Shown piece after piece: positions 45,126 through 54,549 of a stretch of DNA of 59,648 nt. A program made the position numbers and the translations under genes. The notes below the pieces were generated by a model that searched no databases, had not been told where the DNA came from, and saw only the letters and a list, made by a program, of their open reading frames with translations. The stretch is from NCBI GenBank assembly GCA_964643985.1, contig CAZXUS010000002.1, positions 1 through 59,648 of the forward strand. Reading direction: 5' to 3'. This stretch comes from an uncultured Bdellovibrionales bacterium. Lineage in GTDB: Bacteria > Patescibacteriota > Minisyncoccia > Moranbacterales > DUUL01. Position 1 is the stretch's first letter. Every line of letters begins with the position of its first letter.

Positions 45126-46601
45126 TTAGAATCCTAAAAAGCCAGAATCATCGACCACTAATAAACTAAAAATTGTATTGTCATCTAGATAATAAAGAGT
45201 TTGATTTTTTTTATTATAGAGTAAATTTTTATCTTGAATTTCTTTTTCGGTGGTTATCAAATTAGCAATATTAGTGTGATTTCTTGGGTCGACTTCAAAG
45301 GTTTTAATATTATTACTAGTGGAAACGATTATATTTTCGTAGCTGTCCATCCATTGAACATTTTTGATTAGTTCTGAAGAACGAGTAATGGTTATTTTAT
45401 CACCAAAATATCTTTTGGGTTGGATTTCCCAATCTCTAAGCATATAATACCAAACTTCATGTTCATTCCAGCAAAGCAGTTTTTTTCCGTCATCGGAAAA
45501 TTGAACTCCTAGAATTTTTTCGCTAGGCTTAAGGGTCGATATTAAATTCTTTTTATTATTCTCGTTATGCAACAAGCTTTTTTCATCAGTGTTAATGAAA
45601 ATTCGATATTCATCATAAGCGGTTATTTCTGTCGATAATGTTTCATCTTCAATCAACATTGGTTCAGTGGTAATTTGCTCTTTGTTTTTAAAATCAGTTT
45701 GTTTAACTTTCCAAATGATGTTGTTAGGCAGTTGACTGAAATAAATACTGTATTCAGCGAAATCAAAACCATTAACATTTTTAGCGATTAATTGAACTGT
45801 TTCTTTTTTGTAATCAAAAGAAAAAAGATTATTTTTGTCAGTTAAAATAGTAATTTCATTTTCTTCGTTAAACATCCATCTGGCTTGATTGATGTTTTCA
45901 TTTTTGAAAAAATTATTTAATATTGTAAATTCAGTGGTTTCTTCTTCATCGACATCTATTATTAAATGTTGTTTTTGATTTTTGCTATCAATAGCAGGCA
46001 ATATTATTTTTTTATGATTGGTGTTCCATTCAACATTTAGGCCTTCTTCTTTTGGTATAAAATTAAATTCTTCGGTGGTAAAGAGCAATTTTGATTCAGA
46101 ATTTTTGGTGTTCAAAAGATAAATTTTTCTTTCAGAATCATTTTTTGAAAATAAAATTAATTCATCATTGTCATTAGGTGATAAGAATATTTGTTCAATT
46201 TTATCGGAAGTATCGAAAGGAATGATTTCTGGATTATTTTTTTCAGGGAATAATAAGACATTCCAAAACTCAGTTGAAATTCCGGAATGAACCTCAATTT
46301 CTTTTTCCCAATCAAGATAGCCGGGCTTAGAACAAGTCAATTTATATTTTCCGGGTTTTACGCCGTTGATGGTGTTGGAGCCGTTAATGACATTTAGATT
46401 AGCGTTTTCTTGTTTCTCTCCGTCGATATAAATATTGATATCCTTTGGCCAACTTTTGATTGTAATAGAACCACTATGAATGAAAATATTATTTTCTAAA
46501 TTAAATCGATAACCTTGAGCAAATAAAACAACCGTGGGAGCGACCAAGGCGAAAAGAAAAATAAAAAACCACATAAACAATCTTCTTTGAGTCCGATTCA
46601 T
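45126..46601 (-). CDS. Secreted PEGA-domain protein with a probable beta-propeller-like C-terminal region
   Basis: N-terminal TM/signal. PEGA-type block (SWPKDINIYIDGEKQ...GKYKLTCSKPGYLDWEKEIEV). Remainder repetitive and beta-rich, no enzyme motifs. Confidence 0.65.
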   Translation of the reverse strand: MNRTQRRLFMWFFIFLFALVAPTVVLFAQGYRFNLENNIFIHSGSITIKSWPKDINIYIDGEKQENANLNVINGSNTINGVKPGKYKLTCSKPGYLDWEKEIEVHSGISTEFWNVLLFPEKNNPEIIPFDTSDKIEQIFLSPNDNDELILFSKNDSERKIYLLNTKNSESKLLFTTEEFNFIPKEEGLNVEWNTNHKKIILPAIDSKNQKQHLIIDVDEEETTEFTILNNFFKNENINQARWMFNEENEITILTDKNNLFSFDYKKETVQLIAKNVNGFDFAEYSIYFSQLPNNIIWKVKQTDFKNKEQITTEPMLIEDETLSTEITAYDEYRIFINTDEKSLLHNENNKKNLISTLKPSEKILGVQFSDDGKKLLCWNEHEVWYYMLRDWEIQPKRYFGDKITITRSSELIKNVQWMDSYENIIVSTSNNIKTFEVDPRNHTNIANLITTEKEIQDKNLLYNKKNQTLYYLDDNTIFSLLVVDDSGFLGF

Positions 46602-46624
46602 ATAAAATTATTAAAATTATTTTT

Positions 46625-46690
46625 TGAAAATTGATAAATTTCGTAACCCGTCTCACTAGAGCTTGCCGAGGCAGGCAAAACTGTGACTGC
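46625..46690. repeat. Family T/A repeat: 22-nt left block, GC-rich hairpin module, right block
   Basis: GAAAATTGATAAATTTCGTAAC[CCGTCTCACTAGAGCTTGCCGAGGCAGGC]AAAACTGTGACTGCGAACAGTCCC. The same flanks occur contiguously, without the bracketed module, at 35654-35694. Confidence 0.6.
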
Positions 46691-46774
46691 GAACAGTCCC
46701 TATAATACTACAAAGAGCCAAAAATGTCAAAAAAATTGACTTGTTTTTTAAATTTTTTTTGTTAAGATAGTGTT

Positions 46775-48472
46775 ATGAATGTTAGAAACAAGAAAAGAGT
46801 AAAAATTACTTTAGTTATTGCTTTGGCAATTTTATCGATTTTGATTGCTAACCCGAAAAAAACCGGGATTGTTTGGGTTGATAAAATATCTGATAAATTT
46901 GAAATTAATTTAGGTTTAGATCTTCAGGGCGGAGTTCATCTGCTTTATGAGGCTGATATGTCCAATATTAAAACTGAAAACAAGAAAGAAGCCCTAGAGG
47001 GAATTCAGGATGTAGTTAAAAAAAGAATCGATGCTTATGGGGTGGCTGAGCCAATGGTTCAAACTTCTCAATTTGGAGATGTGCATCGTTTGATTGTAGA
47101 GCTTCCCGGAATTGCTAACGCTGAAGAAGCTAAAAATTTAATAGATAAGACTCCTTTATTGGAATTTAAAGAGCAAGACACCGAAGCTGGTTTGAGCGAT
47201 GAAGACAGGGAGTCTATTCAAAGCTATAAGGAGGTGCAGATGGAAAAAGCCAAGGAAATTCTTGATAAAGCTTTAAACGGAGAAGATTTTTCAGAACTAG
47301 CCAAGGAAAATTCTCAAGATTTTGAAACATCTCAAAAAGGGGGAGATTTAGATTTTTTCAAAAAAGAAGAAATGCCGGAAAAATTTTCCGAAATAGTTTT
47401 TTCCGAAAATTTAAAAAAGGGAGAGATTTTTAGTGAAATAGTGGAAACGGAAATTGGATTACATATTGTAAAAAAAGAAGATGAAAGAGAAATCGACGGA
47501 GAAAAAGAAGTTAAGGCTTCTCATATTTTGTTTATGGTGCCGAGTGAGGATCAAATTTTGGCTCAGAAACAGCAATCTTTTAAAGATACTGGATTGACTG
47601 GACAGCAATTGGAAGAATCGCAATTAAGATTTAATCAACAAACCAACGAATCTGAAGTTGGGTTGGTTTTTGATGACGATGGGAAAGAACTCTTCAAGGA
47701 AATAACCGAAAGAAATCAAGGAAAACCAGTGGCTATTTATTTGGATGGAGAAATCATTAGTGAGCCAACGGTTCAGGCGGTTATTCGCAATGGTGAAGCG
47801 GTAATTAGCGGTAATTTTACAATTAAAGAAGCTAAAGAGTTGGTTCAACGATTGAACGCGGGAGCTTTACCAGTGCCAATCAATTTGATTAGTCAGCAAA
47901 GCGTTGGTCCAAGTCTGGGAAAAATATCGCTAGAGAAGAGTCTTAAAGCGGGTCTAATCGGTTTTACCGCTGTTAGTATCTTTATGATTTTATATTATCG
48001 AATTTTTGGTTTAATTTCGGTTATCTCCTTGACACTTTATACGGCTTTGATGGTTTCAATTTTTAAATTATCTTCAGCTACTCCTTTCTCAATAACTTTA
48101 ACTTTATCTGGAATTGCAGGTTATATTTTATCAGTTGGAATGGCAGTCGATGCGAATATTCTAATTTTCGAGAGAGTTAAGGAGGAAATTAGAAGTGGAA
48201 AAAGCTTACGAATAGCGGCTGATGAAGGATTTAAAAGAGCTTGGTTATCAATTCGAGATGGAAATGCTTCGACTTTAATAACGGCTTTGGTTCTAATGGT
48301 ATTGGGGACCGGATTTATTAAAGGTTTTGCTTTGACCTTGATGATTGGAATATTAGTCTCTATGTTTACCGCAATTGTTATTACTCAAATGATTTTAAAA
48401 TTTATTTTAATAGAGCGGTTTGAGAAATATAAATTTTTGTTTATAGCTGGAAGCAAAAAAAATAAAAAATAA
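46775..48472 (+). CDS. secD: Protein translocase subunit SecD with an inserted parvulin-like PPIase segment
   Basis: LGLDLQGGVHLLYEAD, P1 base region, six TM helices with GMAVDANILIFERVKEE. Residues ~150-262 resemble a PpiC/parvulin domain (NGEDFSELAKENSQD...GGDLDFF...GLHIVKK...ASHILF). Confidence 0.9.
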   Translation: MNVRNKKRVKITLVIALAILSILIANPKKTGIVWVDKISDKFEINLGLDLQGGVHLLYEADMSNIKTENKKEALEGIQDVVKKRIDAYGVAEPMVQTSQFGDVHRLIVELPGIANAEEAKNLIDKTPLLEFKEQDTEAGLSDEDRESIQSYKEVQMEKAKEILDKALNGEDFSELAKENSQDFETSQKGGDLDFFKKEEMPEKFSEIVFSENLKKGEIFSEIVETEIGLHIVKKEDEREIDGEKEVKASHILFMVPSEDQILAQKQQSFKDTGLTGQQLEESQLRFNQQTNESEVGLVFDDDGKELFKEITERNQGKPVAIYLDGEIISEPTVQAVIRNGEAVISGNFTIKEAKELVQRLNAGALPVPINLISQQSVGPSLGKISLEKSLKAGLIGFTAVSIFMILYYRIFGLISVISLTLYTALMVSIFKLSSATPFSITLTLSGIAGYILSVGMAVDANILIFERVKEEIRSGKSLRIAADEGFKRAWLSIRDGNASTLITALVLMVLGTGFIKGFALTLMIGILVSMFTAIVITQMILKFILIERFEKYKFLFIAGSKKNKK

Positions 48473-48532
48473 AAATTGTGGTTGAAAGTGATCTTATTAA
48501 AAGTAATTTTCTAGAAAGAGAGGTGATAAAAA

Positions 48533-48754
48533 ATGATTAGTTTTTACAAAATTTTAGCAGACGGATTCTTTGTTTTATCTGTTTTAGCTATTTTCGCAGC
48601 AATGGTTGGGTGGCTTGTCGATGATATTTGGTTAGCTTCGACTCAATGGTTGTTGTTGGGTATTTTTAGTATGTTGGTTGCTATTTATACTAAATTAAGC
48701 GCTAAAGAAGATTTAGAAATAATGAAAAAATATAAAGCTGATAAGAAAAAATAA
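48533..48754 (+). CDS. Small two-TM membrane protein, hypothetical
   Basis: 73-aa ORF with SD-like GAGAGG upstream. TAATG overlap with the following HAD gene suggests coupling. Confidence 0.45.
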   Translation: MISFYKILADGFFVLSVLAIFAAMVGWLVDDIWLASTQWLLLGIFSMLVAIYTKLSAKEDLEIMKKYKADKKK

Positions 48755-49452
48755 TGAAAAAAAATAAGTTAGCTATTTTTGACATTGACGGAACAATTTT
48801 TCGGAAGAATTTACATTTTGAATTATTGACTGAATTAGTTTATTCGGGTGTTTTCAAAAAAACTACTCGAGAGGAACTGCTTGATTTGTATGGCGATTGG
48901 GTCAATCAAAGACATACTTATGAGCAACATCGTGATAAAATGGTGGATCTTTATCGAGAGAATATAGTTGGTTGTCGAGAAAGTGATATAAAAGACGTTG
49001 CCAAAAGAGTCGTTGAATCGAATGCCCAAAGAGTTTATATTTTTACCAAGGGCTTGATAGCAGAGCTTCGCCGAGATCATTACCTGATTATTGTTTCGGG
49101 TTCACCAGTTGAAATTGTTAGTGAATATGCTAAGTATCTTCAATTCGATAAATTTTTCGGAAGTGTTTACGAAGTAGATTCAAAAGGTCTTTATACTGGA
49201 AAAGAACTCTTTGTTCCAATCTGTAATAAAGACGAAGTAATTCTTGATTTTGCTAAAAAAGAAGGACTCTCTTTCGTTGATTCAATCGGGGTTGGCGATA
49301 CGGAATCTGACGCTAAATTTCTTAGTTTAACAAAAAGGGCGATTGCTTTTAATCCCAACAAAGGGCTAAAGGCCATTGCCGAATTTGAAGATTGGGAGAT
49401 CGTAGTTGAGCGAAAGGACGTAATTTACGAAATAAGTCAACCAAATGAATGA
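48754..49452 (+). CDS. HAD-IB family hydrolase (phosphoserine-phosphatase-like)
   Basis: Motif I FDIDGTIF, motif IV GVGDTESD. Confidence 0.8.
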   Translation: MKKNKLAIFDIDGTIFRKNLHFELLTELVYSGVFKKTTREELLDLYGDWVNQRHTYEQHRDKMVDLYRENIVGCRESDIKDVAKRVVESNAQRVYIFTKGLIAELRRDHYLIIVSGSPVEIVSEYAKYLQFDKFFGSVYEVDSKGLYTGKELFVPICNKDEVILDFAKKEGLSFVDSIGVGDTESDAKFLSLTKRAIAFNPNKGLKAIAEFEDWEIVVERKDVIYEISQPNE

Positions 49453-49553
49453 ATTTTTTGAATTTTTCATTGGTCGAATGCTTTGGATATGGATGCCTCT
49501 TTATTCTTTGTATCGAGTGATAAAAGATATTGTAGAAATTGATTATAAAATAG

Positions 49554-49955
49554 ATGATTAAACGGAAAAAATTTTTAATTATTTTCGTGTATTATTATCT
49601 GCCGGTCTTTTTATGGCTGGGATTAATTTTTTATTTGTCTTCTATTCCGGGCTTAAAATCCGGGGCTTCATTGTCAACTGAAATTTTTTTAAGAAAATTG
49701 GCTCATATTTCTGAATATTTAATATTGGTGTTTCTTTTTTGGAGAGTTTTTGTTCTTCATCTAAAATTTTCTTTATCAAAGGCTAATATAATTACATTTC
49801 TTTGTTGTTTTTTTTACGCTGCTAGCGACGAATTTCATCAATTTTTTGTTCAAAATAGATCGGGTCGTCCTTTCGATGTTTTGGTTGATTTAATTGGAAT
49901 AATCGGAGGCATTTTTTTATTTAGTTTGATATTGAAAATTAAAAAAAATAAATGA
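49554..49955 (+). CDS. VanZ-like family membrane protein
   Basis: Four TM segments, KLAHISEYLIL and DEFHQFFV..R......DVLVDLIGIIGG blocks typical of VanZ. Confidence 0.7.
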   Translation: MIKRKKFLIIFVYYYLPVFLWLGLIFYLSSIPGLKSGASLSTEIFLRKLAHISEYLILVFLFWRVFVLHLKFSLSKANIITFLCCFFYAASDEFHQFFVQNRSGRPFDVLVDLIGIIGGIFLFSLILKIKKNK

Positions 49956-51448
49956 AAGGGCTCGCATTTTTTTTAATGGCTTTGGTTCTATCTGGTTTTT
50001 TAAACTTTATTTTAGTGGTTTGGGCAAAGAAAAAGCCAAAATTTTTTTTTAGAATTGGTGGAATAGCGATTATTAGTTCTTTCGTTATTTCAATTTTAAT
50101 TATTCCAGAAATTGTGATTAGTCTTGAATTGCGGGCGATTTTGATTGGATCAATAGCAATTTTGTTTTTTGGATTTTGGGATGATTATAAAAGCTTTAAT
50201 TGGAAAATTCAAATTTTATTTCAATTATTTTTAGCTTTAATCTTAATTTGGTTCGGATTTGAAATCGATTTAATTTCATTTTCGGGCAGAGAGTTATTGA
50301 GATTGGATTTTTGGAATTTTGTTGTTTTCGGGAATTATTTTTCAGTTATTAGTAGTTTGTTTATAGTTTTTTGGTTGATGGGAATTATTAATGCGGTAAA
50401 TTGGCTAGATGGTTCGGACGGATTATTATCAATAGCTGGAATTTTGTCTTTGCTAGCAGTTTTCTTTGTTAGTTTGAGACCAGAAGTTAACCAACCGGCT
50501 TTGGCGATAATAAGCTTAGTTGGAATTGGCTCATTCTTAGGATTTTTTATTTTTAATTTTCCCTTAGCTAAAATTGAAGCGGGAACAAGCGGTAGTTATT
50601 TCGGAGGTTTTTTGTTGGCGTCATTGGCGATTATGGCTGGAACAAAAATTGCTACTACCATGGTTGTTCTAATTTTGCCGGTAATGGATTTTGGCTGGGT
50701 GATAATTGAAAGATTAAAAGAAGGTCAATCAATTTTTAAGAGAGACGACAAGAAAAGACACTTACATTATAAATTATTAAAACAAGGCTTTAGTCAAAAA
50801 CAGATTTTATTGGGGTATGGAATATTTTTAAGTTTGGCTTTGCTGGTTAGTTTTTTCGTTGTAAATCAAACTCAAAAAATAATATTGCTAGGAACAGAAT
50901 TCATAATGATTTTATTTTTTATGATAAGTTTGTCTAGGAAGAATATTTTTAAAAAAATGCAAATGAATTTTAAAAAGATATTGCTGAATCCTCTCTGGGT
51001 GATTATTTTCGTTGCTGTGGGTTTAATATTTTTTAGTTTTCAACAGAGAAAGGAAAATCGAAATAATTTGCAACTTAATGCCCAAATTGAAATAAATCAA
51101 AAGAAGATTTCAAGCGTTCAAATAGTTCAAACACCAGAAGAAGTTTATAGAGGTTTGAGTGAGGTTGAATTTTTACCGAGAGAAAATGGAATGTTATTTA
51201 TTTACAACAAGTTAAGTTCTTCTCCTCATGTTATGAGGGATATGAATTTTGATTTAGATTTTATTTTTTTGAGAGATGGCAAGATTGTTTTTTTGAAAGA
51301 AAAAGTTTCTAAAAATTTTGAAGGTGTTATTGAATCGCCGATTCCTTGTAATCAAGTTTTGGAAGTTAAAGCTGGTGAAATTAATCGTTTAAAAATAAAA
51401 GTGGGAGACCAAATTGAAATAAAAAAAGGTAATTATTCTAATTTTTAA
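49952..51448 (+). CDS. MraY/WecA-family polyprenyl-phosphate sugar-1-phosphate transferase fused to a C-terminal DUF192-like domain
   Basis: NAVNWLDGSDGL and polytopic N-terminal ~330 aa. C-terminal ~110 aa contain GMLFIY...MRDMNFDLDFIFL.DGKIV, typical of DUF192. ATGA overlap with the VanZ gene. Confidence 0.85.
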   Translation: MKGLAFFLMALVLSGFLNFILVVWAKKKPKFFFRIGGIAIISSFVISILIIPEIVISLELRAILIGSIAILFFGFWDDYKSFNWKIQILFQLFLALILIWFGFEIDLISFSGRELLRLDFWNFVVFGNYFSVISSLFIVFWLMGIINAVNWLDGSDGLLSIAGILSLLAVFFVSLRPEVNQPALAIISLVGIGSFLGFFIFNFPLAKIEAGTSGSYFGGFLLASLAIMAGTKIATTMVVLILPVMDFGWVIIERLKEGQSIFKRDDKKRHLHYKLLKQGFSQKQILLGYGIFLSLALLVSFFVVNQTQKIILLGTEFIMILFFMISLSRKNIFKKMQMNFKKILLNPLWVIIFVAVGLIFFSFQQRKENRNNLQLNAQIEINQKKISSVQIVQTPEEVYRGLSEVEFLPRENGMLFIYNKLSSSPHVMRDMNFDLDFIFLRDGKIVFLKEKVSKNFEGVIESPIPCNQVLEVKAGEINRLKIKVGDQIEIKKGNYSNF

Positions 51449-51458
51449 AAATTATTTT

Positions 51459-52583
51459 TTAAAAATTATTTTCCAACATAGTTTTAAGAATATTTTTTTC
51501 GACTTCAATCGGATTTTTTTTATTAAAATTTATTTCCAATATTTGTCCAAAATTTTCAATTTCATAAGCTTCGGATAAAATTTTCATTTTTCTTTCGTCG
51601 ACAATTTTTAGCAAAGCTTTTGTTTGATTATTTTTGTTGACATAAATTATTATGCAAGTTTGATTTTGGGGAAAACTCTTTTGTAATTCTTCTAAAACAG
51701 CTTCTATAATGTCTTCGTTTGAATTGCTTTGAATAAAATCTTCTTGAGAAACTAATGACCAAATAATTTTATTTTCTTTGTCCCAGTTTAAGCGAGCCAT
51801 AATTCGCCCCCATAGCTTTAGAAAGGCTAAATCCTTAGTTCTGTACAAATAACGCATAATTGTTGGTTGATCGGCTTTGTGTTTCATTAGTTTGGCAGAC
51901 AAATCCATTGCTTTGGGCGAAGTGGTCGGAATTTGGAAGCTTTCAGTGGCAGCGATAATCCCAGTTAACAAAGCCTGGGATATTTTTTTGTCGATTAAGT
52001 CTGGATAATGTTCTAAGATTAATTCTGCTATTATTTCTCCGACAGAAGAAGCGGTGTCTTCAATTATATTAACTTGACCATAATTTTCATTTTTGGGATT
52101 GTAGTCGATATTAATTTTGGGAATTTCAAAAAATAAATCAGTGTTGTTGAGATAGGTGCCCTGAAGTCTTTCGAGACAAGGAGTTCCTATTATTATGATT
52201 AAATCAAATTTGAACTTTGCCGGAATAAAAGAAAAATCTTTGGGATTTATCGCTCCTTTTTCTGGAGTGATGTTTATAATATATTCTTCTGCTTTCTTTT
52301 CAGTTTTAACTTCTAAAATTCTATTTTCTTTGGTGTTGAATATTAATTTGAAATCTCTAAGTCCATTCAGGTTGCTGATTGTTTTGATTGGTTTAGGAAG
52401 AAAGGATATTTTATTGGAATCTTTTTTAGCGGAAAACAAGGTGGCGTCTTTTCCAATTTTTTCAAGCAAATACATCAAAGCAAAAGAAGAAACTTTGACG
52501 TCAATTGAATTTTCTGGAGAAATTATTAGGATTTTTTTTGATTTTTTGATTATTTTTTTGAAATCTTCAAGTGAATTTAACAT
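51459..52583 (-). CDS. NrnA-like DHH/DHHA1 family protein with degenerate catalytic motifs
   Basis: Collinear by eye with NrnA (LLTGIIAATESFQIPTTSPKAMDLSAKLM). However, DHH is DYN (INIDYNPKNENYG) and motif I (SPENSIDVKVSS) lacks the Asp/His residues. Confidence 0.7.
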   Translation of the reverse strand: MLNSLEDFKKIIKKSKKILIISPENSIDVKVSSFALMYLLEKIGKDATLFSAKKDSNKISFLPKPIKTISNLNGLRDFKLIFNTKENRILEVKTEKKAEEYIINITPEKGAINPKDFSFIPAKFKFDLIIIIGTPCLERLQGTYLNNTDLFFEIPKINIDYNPKNENYGQVNIIEDTASSVGEIIAELILEHYPDLIDKKISQALLTGIIAATESFQIPTTSPKAMDLSAKLMKHKADQPTIMRYLYRTKDLAFLKLWGRIMARLNWDKENKIIWSLVSQEDFIQSNSNEDIIEAVLEELQKSFPQNQTCIIIYVNKNNQTKALLKIVDERKMKILSEAYEIENFGQILEINFNKKNPIEVEKNILKTMLENNF

Positions 52584-52879
52584 TGATTTTCAGTGAATTA
52601 AATAATTATTTTAGAGTTTTTTGAAATAAATTTTTAGTAAAAATGTTTTTTTCAACCAATATTGAAACAACTAGTGAATAAAAAATAATAACATATTTAA
52701 AGATAAGTTCAACAGTTTTTTTATAGGAAAAAAGCTGAAAATATTTTTATGAAATAAATAAATTTACTTAATTCATTTTTGTGTTAAACTAAATTAAATG
52801 GTTTTGCCTTGGTAAATCTTGCAACAAAACTATGGCTGGAAATAGTTCCATAAAATAAAATATTAATTAAAACAAAAAA

Positions 52880-54445
52880 ATGAAGAAAGAATCACACCTT
52901 ATTTTTTCGATGGCGGTTATGTCAATTTTGTTGACTGGAGTGGCAATTTTTGCGACAAGTAGAATCATTGCTAGCGAAAAAAATAACAATGGGTTAAACG
53001 AAAGAGCGGAAGTTGAAAATAATAAAAATGACGAAAAAAAGGAAGAGATAAAGTCGACAAAAGAAGAATTAAAACCTGAGGTTAAATTAAAAATAGAAGA
53101 AAAAGAGAAAGAGCAAAATCAAAACCAGGAAAAAGAAGAAAATAAAAATATAGAGAAAGAAGAAAAAAAAGAAAGCAAAGAAGTTAAAATAAAAGGAATT
53201 GTTGAGGATGCCAAAGAGGTTGAATATAAACTAATAAAGGAGGGCAGTGTAGAGCCTAAAATATATCTTGGTAAAGGAGAAATGACTAATAAAGAAACTG
53301 AGGAAGAAGGCGAAGAATGGTCTTTGGAATATGATTTTTCAAATGTTCCTAATGGTAATTACGAGCTTTACGCGGATGTCAAAAATGATTATGGAACTTA
53401 TTCTTCTGGAAAAACTGCAATAAAAGTTGAGGATGAAACGGGAGTTGAAGCTAAAGAAGAAAATTTAACTAATGATCAAAATCAAATTGAAAATTCTTCA
53501 ATAGTTGTTAATAATTCTCGGGATAATGCTTCATCTTCTGATTCGGCTAGTCAAAAATTAAAAGAAATTCAAAAGATTGAAGAAGAAATTAAAAATGATA
53601 GTTCTCTTGGTGAAGAACAAAAACAAGAAAAGCTTACCGTTCTTAGTCAAGAGAAGCTTGAAATTAAAGAAGAATTTAATTTCAGAAAACAAGCTGAGCA
53701 ATTGCTGGCAAAAGAAGATGGGAAAAATTTAAGTGAAGAAGAAAAACGAAAATTTCAAGAAATTAAAAATACGTTAAAAGTCGATAGCGATGGAGATGGA
53801 TTGCCTGATTATGAGGAAGAGCGAATCGGTTCTGATCCTTTCTCTGCTGATAGTGATCAAGACGGTTATTTAGATGGGGATGAAGTTAAAAATGGTTATA
53901 ATCCTCTTTTGGCAGCTTCTGAAAAAGGAGCCGACAAGATTGTTTTTCAAGAACCCAAGGTAAATGGTCAGGAAAATAGTTTTTATCGAGTTGAGAAAGT
54001 TGAAGCACAAAAAGAAGAAAATAATCCAGAAAAAATAGCTGGTGTGAAAATGAGCGGAAAAGCTTTGCCTAATTCATTTATTACTTTGTATATTTATTCT
54101 GATCCAGTGGTCGTCACGGTCAAGACTGATGAAGATGGAAATTGGTCTTATATTTTGGATAAAGAATTGGAAGACGGAAATCATGAAGTTTATGCTGCTG
54201 TGACAGATAATACCGGACAAATAACTTCTAAAAGTAAAGCCTTTGCTTTTGTTAAAACCGCTCAAGCTATTACACCTCAAAATCAAATAGCTAGTAATCT
54301 AAGTCAAAAACAATCACCGATGGAACAACAGAGAAATAGTATAATTATTTTTGTGGCGGTAATTTCAATTTTTTCTCTGCTTACTGCTTTGATTTCAATG
54401 GGATTGTTATTTAAAAATTATAGAAAAAATCAGATAATAAAATAA
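52880..54445 (+). CDS. Surface protein: signal/TM, KE-rich spacer, thrombospondin-type-3-like Ca-binding repeats, Ig-like domain, C-terminal TM anchor
   Basis: DSDGDGLPDYEEERIGSDPFSADSDQDGYLDGDEVKNGYNPL; Ig-like GKALPNSFITLYIYSDPVVVTVKTDEDGNWSY; hydrophobic C-terminus followed by basic residues. Confidence 0.7.
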   Translation: MKKESHLIFSMAVMSILLTGVAIFATSRIIASEKNNNGLNERAEVENNKNDEKKEEIKSTKEELKPEVKLKIEEKEKEQNQNQEKEENKNIEKEEKKESKEVKIKGIVEDAKEVEYKLIKEGSVEPKIYLGKGEMTNKETEEEGEEWSLEYDFSNVPNGNYELYADVKNDYGTYSSGKTAIKVEDETGVEAKEENLTNDQNQIENSSIVVNNSRDNASSSDSASQKLKEIQKIEEEIKNDSSLGEEQKQEKLTVLSQEKLEIKEEFNFRKQAEQLLAKEDGKNLSEEEKRKFQEIKNTLKVDSDGDGLPDYEEERIGSDPFSADSDQDGYLDGDEVKNGYNPLLAASEKGADKIVFQEPKVNGQENSFYRVEKVEAQKEENNPEKIAGVKMSGKALPNSFITLYIYSDPVVVTVKTDEDGNWSYILDKELEDGNHEVYAAVTDNTGQITSKSKAFAFVKTAQAITPQNQIASNLSQKQSPMEQQRNSIIIFVAVISIFSLLTALISMGLLFKNYRKNQIIK

Positions 54446-54467
54446 ATAGTTTATTAAGGGATTGTTT

Positions 54468-54540
54468 TCAGTCACACTTTTTACTGCCCGTCTCGCTAAA
54501 GCTTGCCTAGGCAGGCAAAATCGTGCTTAGAAATAGCCCC
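54468..54540. repeat. Family T minimal element enclosing one GC-rich hairpin module
   Basis: GGGATTGTTTTCAGTCACAC-TTTTTACTG-CCCGTCTCGCTAAAGCTTGCCTAGGCAGGC-AAAATC-GTGCTTAGAAATAGCCCC. The outer blocks are inverted repeats of each other. Confidence 0.65.
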
Positions 54541-54549
54541 ATTACATCG

